Positions 10,163 to 19,962 of a stretch of DNA of 43,723 nucleotides are shown in pieces. Every line of letters starts with the position of its first letter. Position 1 is the stretch's first letter. The position numbers were made by a program, and so were the translations under genes. Source of the stretch: Chloroflexota bacterium (GTDB lineage Bacteria > Chloroflexota > Dehalococcoidia > Dehalococcoidales > JAUVZV01); contig JAUVZV010000003.1 in NCBI GenBank assembly GCA_030602375.1, positions 1-43,723 of the forward strand, given 5' to 3'. The notes under the pieces are model-generated. The model was given only the letters and a program-made list of their open reading frames with translations, searched no databases and was not told the origin of the DNA.

Positions 10163-11863
10163 ATGCGCGTATCAAAGTTATTCGGCAAGACCCAGAGGGA
10201 AATACCGGCTGAGGCTGACAATTTAAGTCACCAGTTACTTATCAAGGCCGGGATGATATATCAGGTTGCCGCCGGTATTTATTCTTATTTGCCCCTAGCC
10301 TGGAGGGTTTTCAAGAAGATAGAGAATATCATCCGCGAAGAGATGGACGCTTCGGGCGGGCAGGAGCTTAATATGCCGGTGCTACAGCCACTGGAACTGT
10401 GGCAGGAAACTGGACGTGACCTTGCCTTCGGTAAGGGGCTATTTACCCTTTCTGACCGCAGAGAAAGAAAGCTGGCTCTGGGTCCAACCCATGAGGAGAT
10501 TATCACCATCTTAGCCAGTCGCAATATAAAGAGCTACCGAGACCTGCCTCAGCTTTTGTATCAAATCCAGACCAAGTTCCGTGACGAGCCCCGCCCCAGG
10601 GGCGGGTTGATTAGAGTCCGTGAGTTTAGCATGAAAGACCTCTACAGCTTTGATGTTGATGAAGAGAGACTTGACCAGAGCTATAAGAAAATGCTTCAGG
10701 CCTATCGGAACATATATCATCGCTGTGGTCTCATTGCCCGAATGGTTGAAGCTGATAGCGGTGCTATTGGCGGTAAGGACTCACATGAGTTTATTGTGAT
10801 TACCGAAACCGGCGAGGACGAGGTTATCTACTGTGAGAGTTGTGGTTATTCAGCCAATGTGGAGAAGGCGCAGAGCATCAAGAGTAAGTCGGAAGATGAA
10901 AATCCCCTGCCCTTGGAGGAGGTCAGCACTCCAGGCATGGCTACGATTGAGGAAGTATCTGAATTCCTTAAAGTACCCAAAAACAAGACCCTTAAGGCAG
11001 TTTTTTACGTTACCGATGGCGAACTGGTTTTTGTCGTTATCCGGGGTGACATTGAAGTAAACGAGGTAAAACTCAAGAACGCCTTGAGGTGCTATGAACT
11101 TCGCCTGGCAACTGAAGCCGAAGTAAAGGAAGCCGGTATCGTGGCTGGTTCAGCCTCACCCATAGGTATAAAAGGTGTTAAAGTTATCGCCGATGAATCA
11201 ATAACGCTGGGGGCAAACCTTGTTGCTGGAGCTAACAAGCCGGATACCCATATTAAGAATGTTAATTACCCCAGGGATTTTAAGTTTGACCTCATGGCTG
11301 ATATTGCTAAAGCTAAAGCCGGAGAAGGCTGCCCCAAGTGCGGGAGTAAGTTAGCCTCAGTGGGGGGGATTGAAGTCGGGCATACCTTTAAATTGGGCAC
11401 CATCTTCAGTGAGAAATTGGGGGCATTCTTTATTGACTCAAGTGGTGCCTCTCATCCAATTCTCATGGGCTGTTATGGCATTGGGCTTGACCGCTTAATA
11501 GCGGCTTCAATTGAACAAAACCACGATGACAAGGGCATTATCTGGCCACTGCCCATTGCCCCTTATCACATCTATCTTTGCCCCCTTTATTTAGAAAATC
11601 CCGAGGTGAAAGCGGCTGCTGAAAATCTCTATGCTGACCTTGAGGCTGAAAGATTGGAAGTGCTTTTTGATGACCGCGAAGAATCACCGGGGGTAAAGTT
11701 CAATGACGGTGACCTCCTGGGAATACCTTTTCGGGTCACCATTAGCCCCCGGACCTTAAAGGCAAATAGTGTTGAGATAAAGCGGCGCTCAGAGAAAGAA
11801 TCTCAGCTTTTATTATTGGATGAGGCAGTCACCAAACTTAAAGAGCTTATCAAGGAGAGTTAG
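10163..11863 (+). CDS. proS: Proline-tRNA ligase (bacterial type, with INS editing domain)
   Basis: LGPTHEE, KFRDEPRPRGGLIRVREF and MGCYGIG motifs. Confidence 0.97.
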   Translation: MRVSKLFGKTQREIPAEADNLSHQLLIKAGMIYQVAAGIYSYLPLAWRVFKKIENIIREEMDASGGQELNMPVLQPLELWQETGRDLAFGKGLFTLSDRRERKLALGPTHEEIITILASRNIKSYRDLPQLLYQIQTKFRDEPRPRGGLIRVREFSMKDLYSFDVDEERLDQSYKKMLQAYRNIYHRCGLIARMVEADSGAIGGKDSHEFIVITETGEDEVIYCESCGYSANVEKAQSIKSKSEDENPLPLEEVSTPGMATIEEVSEFLKVPKNKTLKAVFYVTDGELVFVVIRGDIEVNEVKLKNALRCYELRLATEAEVKEAGIVAGSASPIGIKGVKVIADESITLGANLVAGANKPDTHIKNVNYPRDFKFDLMADIAKAKAGEGCPKCGSKLASVGGIEVGHTFKLGTIFSEKLGAFFIDSSGASHPILMGCYGIGLDRLIAASIEQNHDDKGIIWPLPIAPYHIYLCPLYLENPEVKAAAENLYADLEAERLEVLFDDREESPGVKFNDGDLLGIPFRVTISPRTLKANSVEIKRRSEKESQLLLLDEAVTKLKELIKES

Positions 11864-11882
11864 GCTAACCTCAAAGTAAATG

Positions 11883-14288
11883 TCAAGCGCGCAGTGTAGC
11901 CCCAAACTCCTTGGCGAGCTTACTTAAAATCTGCTCCTGAACCTTGTCGACCTCCTCATCAGTCAGGGTGTACGTCAATGACTGGAAGGCAATTCTATAG
12001 GCAAGGGATTTTTTACTCCCCCCGATCTGCTCACCAGTATAGACATCAAAGAGGCTAACCTTACCTACCAAGGGGAAGCCCTTAATAATATCTAAGACCT
12101 GCTGATGGGTTACTTCGGCACCAACTACCAGAGCTATGTCCCGGATAGTGGCTGGAAACCGTGGTATCGGCTGGAACATTTTTTGACCCAGAGTAAGAGG
12201 TAAAAGCGAGGTCAGGTCAATCTCAAAAAGATAGGCAGCGTCGTCAGTAATATCAAAAGCCTTAAGTACCTGGGGATGCACTTCACCCAAAACACCCACC
12301 CTGCTGCCAGCTAAAACTATTGCTACCTGTTTAGTGGGATGCAAACTCTCGTCTTGAGCTTCCTCCAGGCTGGCTTCAACGTCCAGTTTGGTTAAAAGAC
12401 CCTCGACTACCCCTTTGACATCAAAAAAGTCAAAGGATTCATCTTGAGCCTGCCATGACCGCTCAAACCTGGGGCCACTTAAGATGCCACACACCACCTC
12501 ACGCTCCTCTGGCAGGTCATTTTGCCGCGGCAGGTATACCTTGCCCAACTCAAAAAGCCTAATGCTGCCCTCCTCATGTTTTCTATTGCCGGCAAGGGCA
12601 ACAAGAAGATTCGCCCGCAGATTGGGCCGGAGGTATTCCTGTTCTGTCGTCATCGGGTTAGCCAAGCGAAGGGGTAAGGGCTTAAGGGCATGAGAATCAG
12701 GCGAAAGCCTCTTCAGTGCCTCTAAACCAACCAGTGAATAGGTAATCACCTCTTGGAAGCCAAAACCGGTAAGACTGCGTCCTACCTTTTCCTTTAGAGC
12801 AGCTATGGGTTCAGGATTTTGCCTGGGTAGAGACTTACTGAGCAAGGTTTGAGGAATCTCATCATAGCCAATAATACGGGCTACCTCTTCGGCAAGGTCA
12901 ACTGCTTGCTGAATGTCACCGCGCCAGTACGGAATTGTAACCCGCACCTCTGAGGCTGAGTCTGCCACCTCAACCTCAAAACCCAGCAAAGTAAGCGCTC
13001 CTATTATCTGGTCCTGACTGAAACCAGTGCCCAAGAATTGGTTTATCCCCTCAGTAGATGTCAGGATGGGACTGCGCTCTTTCCTGCCCGGATAGACATC
13101 AATTATACCCTTAGCTGCCTTGCCACCAGCTAATTTAATAATGAGCTCGGTAGCCCTTCTTAAGGCTGGTATTGTCAGTTCCGGGCTAATACCCCTCTCA
13201 AATCGCATCGAGGCTTCACTAGGCAAAAGTAGCGACCTTGCGGTGTAGTGGATACTCACCGGATTAAAATTGGCTGCCTCAAGCAGCACCGAGGTAGTCT
13301 CTTGGCTAACCTCACTGTTAGCACCACCCATCACCCCGGCGATAGCTACCGCCCGCTCCTTATCGGCAATAACCAGCATATTACTAGCCAGCATTCGCTC
13401 CACCCCATCTAAAGAGACTATGGCCTCACCACTACCTGCCCGGCGGACGATGATTTGGCTGCCTTTTATCTTGGGGGAGTCAAAGGCGTGCAAGGGCTGC
13501 CCGTATTCCAGCATGACATAGTTGGTAACATCAACCACATTATTTATCGGGCGCATACCACAGGCAAGGAGCCGCTGTTGCATCCACCGGGGCGAGGGAG
13601 CTATCTTCACCCCCTGAATTAGGCTGGCACAATACCTGGGACCGAGGTCAGGGGCATCAATGGTAACTGCTACCTGTTGCTCTATGGTTGATGCCACCTC
13701 TTCATAGCTAACCTGGGGCAGTCTTATACCTTGCCGGGTAAGGGCAGCAATCTCCCTGGCGACACCGATGATTGACAGGCAATCAGCCCGGTTGGGGGTT
13801 ACCTCCAAATCAAAGACAGTATCTCCGAGGTAATCATCAAGGCTGGTGCCTACAGGTGCCTCATCTGGTAGAACCATAATCCCTTCATAGCTTTCAGAGA
13901 TACCCAACTCTTTCTCAGAGCAAATCATGCCACTGGAGGCAACACCACGAATTTTGGCTGATTTGAGGCGAATAGTTTCCCCGCTCTGTGGGTCGATAAG
14001 CTCAGCCCCAACATAAGCAAAAGCAACTTTATCACCAACTCTGAGGTTCGGGGCGCCACAGACAACGGTCTGCTGCTCCTTACCTAAACCAACCTTAACT
14101 AAATGAAGGCGGTCAGCATTGGGATGAGGGTCAACTCTAGTTATCTGACCGATGACAACATTCTCCCAACCACCAATGTCCTCTATTGTTTTGACCTCCA
14201 GACCTGCCATTGCCAGGCGGTGGGCTAAGTCAGAAAGGGGGAGGTTAATAGCCACGTATTCTTTTAGCCACTTAATTGATACCCTCAT
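11883..14288 (-). CDS. pheT: Phenylalanine-tRNA ligase beta subunit
   Basis: HPNADRL, VCGAPN, TPNRADCLS, GQPLHAFD and DLAEEVARIIGY motifs. Confidence 0.97.
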   Translation of the reverse strand: MRVSIKWLKEYVAINLPLSDLAHRLAMAGLEVKTIEDIGGWENVVIGQITRVDPHPNADRLHLVKVGLGKEQQTVVCGAPNLRVGDKVAFAYVGAELIDPQSGETIRLKSAKIRGVASSGMICSEKELGISESYEGIMVLPDEAPVGTSLDDYLGDTVFDLEVTPNRADCLSIIGVAREIAALTRQGIRLPQVSYEEVASTIEQQVAVTIDAPDLGPRYCASLIQGVKIAPSPRWMQQRLLACGMRPINNVVDVTNYVMLEYGQPLHAFDSPKIKGSQIIVRRAGSGEAIVSLDGVERMLASNMLVIADKERAVAIAGVMGGANSEVSQETTSVLLEAANFNPVSIHYTARSLLLPSEASMRFERGISPELTIPALRRATELIIKLAGGKAAKGIIDVYPGRKERSPILTSTEGINQFLGTGFSQDQIIGALTLLGFEVEVADSASEVRVTIPYWRGDIQQAVDLAEEVARIIGYDEIPQTLLSKSLPRQNPEPIAALKEKVGRSLTGFGFQEVITYSLVGLEALKRLSPDSHALKPLPLRLANPMTTEQEYLRPNLRANLLVALAGNRKHEEGSIRLFELGKVYLPRQNDLPEEREVVCGILSGPRFERSWQAQDESFDFFDVKGVVEGLLTKLDVEASLEEAQDESLHPTKQVAIVLAGSRVGVLGEVHPQVLKAFDITDDAAYLFEIDLTSLLPLTLGQKMFQPIPRFPATIRDIALVVGAEVTHQQVLDIIKGFPLVGKVSLFDVYTGEQIGGSKKSLAYRIAFQSLTYTLTDEEVDKVQEQILSKLAKEFGATLRA

Positions 14289-14298
14289 CTAGTAAACC

Positions 14299-15333
14299 TC
14301 AGAACTGCCTTAAGAATCTAAGGTCGCTGCCAAAAAAGAGCCTAATATCGTCAATCCCATAACGGAGCATTGGCAGGCGCTCGATACCCATGCCAAAGGC
14401 AAAGCCGCTATATACCTCTGGGTCATAGCCCCCACGCTCAAGGACCCGGGGGTGAACCATCCCCGCCCCCAGGATTTCAATCCAACCGCTATTACCACAC
14501 AGGCGGCAGCCACTTCCTTGGCAAACTGAACAGGCTACAGCCATTTCGGCGCCGGGTTCAACAAAGGGGAAATAGTCACAGCGAAAACGCAGTTTTCTAT
14601 CCTCACCAAAAAAACGGCGGGCAAACTCGTAAAGTGTCCCTTTAAGGTCAGCCATAGTAATGCCCACATCTACCGCCAGACCGTCAAGCTGATGGAACAT
14701 CGGGCTATGAGTGGCATCACTAGCCTCGTAGCGATAAACTTTACCCGCATTTATAGCACGAATTGGTGGCTTCAATTTCTCCATAATCCTAAGGTCAGCG
14801 GCAGTAGTGTGGGTACGCAGTAGTATTGGGCGCCCCCCAGCCTTGTAATCAACCCAGAGTGTTGCCATACTGTCACGGGCCGGGTGCTCTTCAGGAATGT
14901 TCAACCCCTCAAAGTTATAATAGTCCAACTCCACTTCTGGTGCTTCTACCACCTGAAAACCCATTGAGATAAAGATATCGAATATTTCCTTAAGCGTCTG
15001 GGTAATAGGGTGCAGGCGTCCTATCGGAATGGGACGGCCGGGCAAGGTAATATCAATGCCTGCCACCCTAGTAATGGTAGTTAGTTGTACCTTTTCCAGG
15101 GTTTTCTTTCTCTCGTCTAAGTTATTCTCTAAACTGGACTTAAGTTCGTTGGCGTAAGCACCAACGGTTTTCCTCTCCTCTAGAGGCAGTATCGTAAGGC
15201 TTCTTAAAATCTTGGTGAGCTCGCTTTTCCGGCCTAAATAGCAAACCCGCCAAGACTCAACTTCCCTAGCGTCTTTTATGTTCTCCAGCTCCCAAAGTGC
15301 CTTTTGTTTTAATTGCTCAAGTTGGGCTAACAT
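14299..15333 (-). CDS. pheS: Phenylalanine-tRNA ligase alpha subunit
   Basis: [12 protein letters not shown] and [10 protein letters not shown] motifs; CxxCxxxGCxxC insert. Confidence 0.96.
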   Translation of the reverse strand: MLAQLEQLKQKALWELENIKDAREVESWRVCYLGRKSELTKILRSLTILPLEERKTVGAYANELKSSLENNLDERKKTLEKVQLTTITRVAGIDITLPGRPIPIGRLHPITQTLKEIFDIFISMGFQVVEAPEVELDYYNFEGLNIPEEHPARDSMATLWVDYKAGGRPILLRTHTTAADLRIMEKLKPPIRAINAGKVYRYEASDATHSPMFHQLDGLAVDVGITMADLKGTLYEFARRFFGEDRKLRFRCDYFPFVEPGAEMAVACSVCQGSGCRLCGNSGWIEILGAGMVHPRVLERGGYDPEVYSGFAFGMGIERLPMLRYGIDDIRLFFGSDLRFLRQF

Positions 15334-15374
15334 TTTGCTGCCTTCGTTATATATTCTATATCTACCCTGGGCTC

Positions 15375-15408
15375 AAATAAAACTTCTCCCCGCACTAGCA
15401 AAGAGAAG
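15375..15408 (-). terminator. Intrinsic terminator after rplT
   Basis: Minus strand CTTCTCTTTGC-TAGT-GCGGGGAGAAG followed by TTTTATTT. Confidence 0.65.
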
Positions 15409-15436
15409 GTGGAGATAAAGAAGAGATTTAAGCAGT

Positions 15437-15802
15437 CTATATCTTTTCTTGAACTTTTCCTTTAACTACAGTCACCAAGTTATTGAAGGCTTCAGGCTCC
15501 CTAACTGCCATATCAGCCAGCATCTTACGGTTTAATATAATCCCAGACTTCTTTAAGCCATCGATAAACTGAGAATAGGTGAGTCCCTGAGCTCTAGCAG
15601 CGGCATTAACCCGTAAAATCCACAGCCGCCTCATATCACCCTTCCGCTCCCGGCGGTGGCGATAAGCATAGCTTAGAGATTTAAGCATTGCCTCATGAGC
15701 CTGCCGGTAGAGGGAGTGTCTGTTTGCCCTCTGTCCTTTAACCAGTTTCAATATCTTCTTGTGCCGACGGTGAGTGGTTACCCCTCCTTTTACTCGTGGC
15801 AA
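15437..15802 (-). CDS. rplT: 50S ribosomal protein L20
   Basis: MPRVKGG and [11 protein letters not shown] motifs. Confidence 0.97.
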   Translation of the reverse strand: MPRVKGGVTTHRRHKKILKLVKGQRANRHSLYRQAHEAMLKSLSYAYRHRRERKGDMRRLWILRVNAAARAQGLTYSQFIDGLKKSGIILNRKMLADMAVREPEAFNNLVTVVKGKVQEKI

Positions 15803-15819
15803 GAGATTCCTCCTGTCTA

Positions 15820-16020
15820 CTACACCCCATAAGGTAAAAGCCTTCTTATTCGCTTCCGGTCAACACTGCTTAGAGGTATCATCTCATCAAAGAGACGCTT
15901 AGTGCGCGGCGCTTTTCTGCGGCGCAGATGGCTTTTACCACCCTTGGTGCGCATAATTTTGCCGCTACCGGTAATATGGAAGCGGCTCTGTGCCCCCTTA
16001 TGAGTTTTAATTTTCGGCAT
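15820..16020 (-). CDS. rpmI: 50S ribosomal protein L35
   Basis: MPKIKTHKG and TGSGKI motifs. Confidence 0.97.
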   Translation of the reverse strand: MPKIKTHKGAQSRFHITGSGKIMRTKGGKSHLRRRKAPRTKRLFDEMIPLSSVDRKRIRRLLPYGV

Positions 16021-16021
16021 C

Positions 16022-16585
16022 TTAAGATTCCTTCACTTCTGCTACTTCTGCTTTTTCCGCCCCCTTAGTTTTTGGGCCAGCTCCGGGCGAGAGAATTATA
16101 TTCATCCTCTTGCCTTCCATTACCGCCTGTCTAGAAAGAGAAGCCACCTCCTGAAGTGAGTCTGCCATTTTCATCAGTAACTTCCAGCCAATATCTGGAT
16201 GCGTGATTTCGCGCCCTCTAAATAGTATAGTAACTTTAACCTTAGCCCCCTCATCCAGTAGCTTCCTTACTAACTTGAGCTTAGCCCCAAAATCATGCTC
16301 GCTAATCTTTGGCCGCAGTCTGACCTCCTTTAAGAGAGAAATCTTTTGGCTTCTCCTTGCCTCTCGCTCCTTCTTCGTCTGCTCGTACTTATGCTTGCCG
16401 TAGTCAAGTAGACGGCACACCGGAGGCACTGCGGTCGGAGCCACCTCAACGAGATCCAGATTATGTTTTCTCGCCATCTCCTTGGCTTTATCCAGAGGCA
16501 TTATTCCCAGCTGCTCCCCCTTCCCCCCTACCAAACGTACCTCTCTAGCCAATACCCTCTCGTTAACACGTAGTTCCTTAACTAT
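16022..16585 (-). CDS. infC: Translation initiation factor IF-3 (predicted ATA start)
   Basis: The frame extends upstream of the track start to give (M)VKELRVNERVLAREVRL, beginning at ATA 16585 after GAGGAGG; PPVCRLLDYGK and FRGRE motifs. Confidence 0.93.
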   Translation of the reverse strand: MVKELRVNERVLAREVRLVGGKGEQLGIMPLDKAKEMARKHNLDLVEVAPTAVPPVCRLLDYGKHKYEQTKKEREARRSQKISLLKEVRLRPKISEHDFGAKLKLVRKLLDEGAKVKVTILFRGREITHPDIGWKLLMKMADSLQEVASLSRQAVMEGKRMNIILSPGAGPKTKGAEKAEVAEVKES

Positions 16586-16665
16586 ACTCCTACCTACCTC
16601 CTCAAAATAGAGCTATCTTATAAGGAAAGACTAGCACATTCTTCAAACCTAATCAAATTATAACC

Positions 16666-18402
16666 CTAGGTGCTGGCTCTGTCTATGATTGCCTTGCGGA
16701 TATTCTCCTTGAAGCTGGCAAGCGACTCCGGCGGTAGCTCCTCACCACTGCGAAGACGCACTGAAACAGTAGCACTTTTCACTTCTTTATCTCCCACCAC
16801 CAGCATATACGGTATTTTGTCAAGTTGCGCCTGCCTGATTTTCAGGTTTACCGTCTCCGACCGAGCGTCAACTTCAACACGTACACCCTCAGTTTTAAGT
16901 TCATCAGCCAGCTTATGAGCATAGTCCAGATGACGGTCTGCGATTGGAATCACCACCACCTGAACCGGTGCCAGCCAAACCGGGAAGAGACCCCCATAGT
17001 GCTCAATAAGCGAAGCCAGAAAGCGTTCCATGCTACCCAGCACAGTGCGGTGTACCATTGCCACCAGATGCTCCTTGTTATCCTCCCCAATATAGGTAAC
17101 ATTAAAGCGCTGGGGAAGGTTAAAATCAACCTGAATCGTCGGACCCTGCCAGGCTTCAAACTTAATATCAATCTTGGGTCCATAAAATACACCCTGCCCC
17201 GGGTCTACATCATAGTCAAGCCTTACACGAGCCAGGGCTCGCTTTAGGGTTTCTGTAGCCTCCTCCCAAACCTGGATAGTGCCAGCATATTTCTCAGGTC
17301 GGGTAGAAAGAAACACCTGGTAACTGGTAAAACCAAAGCTTTTTACCATAAATAGGGCTAACTTAAGTACCCCCACCACCTCGTCTTCTAATTGGTCAAA
17401 GCGGCAAAAGATGTGGGCGTCATCCTGAGTAAAACCCCTGACTCTGGATAACCCGTGCAATACCCCGGAGCGCTCGTAGCGATAAACAGTGCCCAGTTCA
17501 GCGAAACGTAGCGGTAATTCACGGTAACTACGCTGTCTTGTCTTGTAAATCAAGATATGGCCCAGGCAGTTCATTGGTTTAATAATATATTCTTGACCAT
17601 CCACGTTCATCGGGCCATATAAGTAATCACGGTAGAATTCCCAGTGACCGCTGGTTTTCCATAAGTCAAGCTTGGCAATATGAGGAGTATAGACAATATC
17701 ATAGCCGCGTCTGATATGTTCGCCCCTCCAAAAATCCTCAATAATGCGGCGTACTACCGCCCCTTTAGGGTGCCAGTGGACAAGCCCCGGACCAGCCTCC
17801 TCATGGATACTAAAAAGGTCAAGCTCCTTGCCCAATTTCCTATGGTCGCGTCTGGCTGCTGCCTCAAGTTTCTTTAGGTGCTCATCTAAAGAAACTTTGG
17901 TCAGGAAAGCAACGCCATAGATTCGCTGCAACATAGGATTGTGCTCGTCACCCCGCCAGTAGGCGCCGGCAATACTAACTAACTTAAAAACCTTTATCTC
18001 GCCACTAGAATTCAGGTGAGGACCCCGACACAAATCAACAAACGAACCCTGCCGATATAGGCTCACCGTATCATCCGGGATTTCCTCAAGTAACTCCAGT
18101 TTATAGGGCTGAGCCGCAAAGAAGTTTCGAGCCTCCCCTTTATCTACCTCTTCTCTAACAAAAGGTTTACCTGCAGCGATTATCTCGGCCATTTTATTTT
18201 CAATAGCCGGCAAGTCGTCAGGTGAAAGTGAGCGGGGTAAATCAAAGTCATAATAAAAACCGTTCTCAATAGCTGGGCCAATGCCAAACTTGGCCTCAGG
18301 GAAAAGGGACAAAACCGCTTCCGCCATGACATGAGCCGCCGAATGCCGCATTTTCTCCAGCTTTGCCTCTTCGTTTGCCTGTTTTCTCTTACCGGAAACC
18401 AT
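16666..18402 (-). CDS. thrS: Threonine-tRNA ligase (no N-terminal TGS domain)
   Basis: HSAAHVMA, DLCRGPH, KPMNC, RVRGFTQDDAH and HRTVLGSMERF motifs. ATG 18402 preferred; GAGGG lies upstream. Confidence 0.96.
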   Translation of the reverse strand: MVSGKRKQANEEAKLEKMRHSAAHVMAEAVLSLFPEAKFGIGPAIENGFYYDFDLPRSLSPDDLPAIENKMAEIIAAGKPFVREEVDKGEARNFFAAQPYKLELLEEIPDDTVSLYRQGSFVDLCRGPHLNSSGEIKVFKLVSIAGAYWRGDEHNPMLQRIYGVAFLTKVSLDEHLKKLEAAARRDHRKLGKELDLFSIHEEAGPGLVHWHPKGAVVRRIIEDFWRGEHIRRGYDIVYTPHIAKLDLWKTSGHWEFYRDYLYGPMNVDGQEYIIKPMNCLGHILIYKTRQRSYRELPLRFAELGTVYRYERSGVLHGLSRVRGFTQDDAHIFCRFDQLEDEVVGVLKLALFMVKSFGFTSYQVFLSTRPEKYAGTIQVWEEATETLKRALARVRLDYDVDPGQGVFYGPKIDIKFEAWQGPTIQVDFNLPQRFNVTYIGEDNKEHLVAMVHRTVLGSMERFLASLIEHYGGLFPVWLAPVQVVVIPIADRHLDYAHKLADELKTEGVRVEVDARSETVNLKIRQAQLDKIPYMLVVGDKEVKSATVSVRLRSGEELPPESLASFKENIRKAIIDRAST

Positions 18403-18426
18403 GACTAGGAATTCCCTCACTCAATT

Positions 18427-18462
18427 AAATATAAACCTCTCACCCTTTAGGGATGAGAGGTT
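18427..18462 (-). terminator. Leader terminator-like hairpin upstream of thrS
   Basis: AACCTCTCATCCC-TAAA-GGGTGAGAGGTT followed by TATATTT. Confidence 0.55.
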
Positions 18463-18546
18463 AAGCCCGATTACCCTCTCACTCCAGCAAATGTATCAAA
18501 CTATCGAGCAAAACTGCCACTGGTATCGCCTTTTTCGTCAAAGCTT

Positions 18547-18575
18547 ATTATACCAGCCAGAAACCACATGTGCAA
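18547..18575 (-). promoter_or_regulatory. Sigma70 promoter of thrS operon
   Basis: TTGCAC-17 nt-TATAAT with extended TG. Confidence 0.65.
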
Positions 18576-18650
18576 TCATCCTGGTCTAGTACGGGTTAAG
18601 TCAGATTGCTAGGTTCACCGGCAAGGTGGTATACTGTCTTAAATATCCGC

Positions 18651-19796
18651 ATGATAAAGAAGATTTTCCCCATCCTAGCCCTTTCCATTTTTTCCGCCAT
18701 GCTCGGCATTGGCATAATTGCCCCCCTACTGCCCCTTTATGCCGAGAATTTGGGTGCTAGTGGAATCTGGATAGGCATAATTTTTGGCGCCTTCTCCATT
18801 TCAAGAGCTGCATTTGTGCCTCTCTTCGGCAGGCTATCCGACCGCAGTGGCCGCAAAATATTCCTCAGCATCGGCCTTCTTTCCTACTCAGTCATCTCAC
18901 TGGGCTACATATGGGCAAACAGTGTCGAACAACTGACCCTAATTCGACTTATCCATGGGGCTGCTGCCGGTATGATTCTTCCCATTGCGCAGGCTTACGT
19001 TGGTGACCTCTCTCCGGCTGGTGAGGAGGGGAAATGGATGGGCTACTTTAACGCTGCCTTCTTCACCGGTTTTGGTTTCGGCCCTCTTATGGGTGGGATA
19101 CTGACGGAACACCTAGGGATGACCGCCGCCTTTTCGGCCATGGGCGGCCTTAATTTACTGGCCTTCCTCTTGGTTCTCCTCTGGCTACCTGAAATTGAGC
19201 CAAGTAAAATTGCCCAGGACCACCATGCCTCCCTGCTAAAGCCTCTTACCAGCAGTGTAGTAAGGGGTCTTTTTAGTTTTCGGCTGGCCTTTTCCATGGG
19301 TAGAGGAATTTTTGTTACTTTCCTGCCTATCTTCGCCATGGTATATGTTGGTTTGGGTCCAACTCATATAGGGATACTGTTAGCAGTTACCATTTTACTT
19401 ATGTCAATACTCCAGGCATTTACCGGCAATATTGCTGACAAGCTCAATAGAAGAATGTTGGTCATTTTGGGGAGTCTAATCAATGTCATTTTCCTAGCGC
19501 TGATTCCTTTCGGGCACAGCTTCTGGCAGTTACTGGCGCTATGCGCCGTCGGCGGTATCGGTGGTGCCATCTCTATGCCGGCGGCTTCAGCACTGAATGT
19601 GGAAGAGGGGAGAAAGTTCGGCATGGGCTCAACCCTAGGCATATTTACCATGGCCTTCAGTATCGGTATGGCGGCAGGACCGATTTTAAGTGGCTTCGCG
19701 GCTGATTTTATTAATATTGACTCGGTATTCTACCTTGGGGCTGGGGCTGGAGTTATCGGAACCAGCCTACTTATCTTCTACTTTACCAGAGGATAA
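18651..19796 (+). CDS. MFS transporter (DHA1/TetA-like)
   Basis: GRLSDRSGRK motif A; about 12 TM segments. ATG 18651 follows a TTGCTA-18-TATACT promoter. Confidence 0.9.
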   Translation: MIKKIFPILALSIFSAMLGIGIIAPLLPLYAENLGASGIWIGIIFGAFSISRAAFVPLFGRLSDRSGRKIFLSIGLLSYSVISLGYIWANSVEQLTLIRLIHGAAAGMILPIAQAYVGDLSPAGEEGKWMGYFNAAFFTGFGFGPLMGGILTEHLGMTAAFSAMGGLNLLAFLLVLLWLPEIEPSKIAQDHHASLLKPLTSSVVRGLFSFRLAFSMGRGIFVTFLPIFAMVYVGLGPTHIGILLAVTILLMSILQAFTGNIADKLNRRMLVILGSLINVIFLALIPFGHSFWQLLALCAVGGIGGAISMPAASALNVEEGRKFGMGSTLGIFTMAFSIGMAAGPILSGFAADFINIDSVFYLGAGAGVIGTSLLIFYFTRG

Positions 19797-19875
19797 TATA
19801 AAACCCAATTCTAAGATACAGGCTTTATACTAACCCAACCCGGCTTAATTACCCCTATTTTAAGGCGCTTACATC

Positions 19876-19905
19876 TTGACAAAACCGAGATATTTCGCCT
19901 ATATT
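19876..19905 (+). promoter_or_regulatory. Sigma70 promoter of DegV gene
   Basis: TTGACA-18 nt-TATATT. Confidence 0.55.
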
Positions 19906-19962
19906 TAACCACTGGGTCGAAAAATCGGGCTGAAGAAAAAATCATAGGTGAGGATTAATAAA

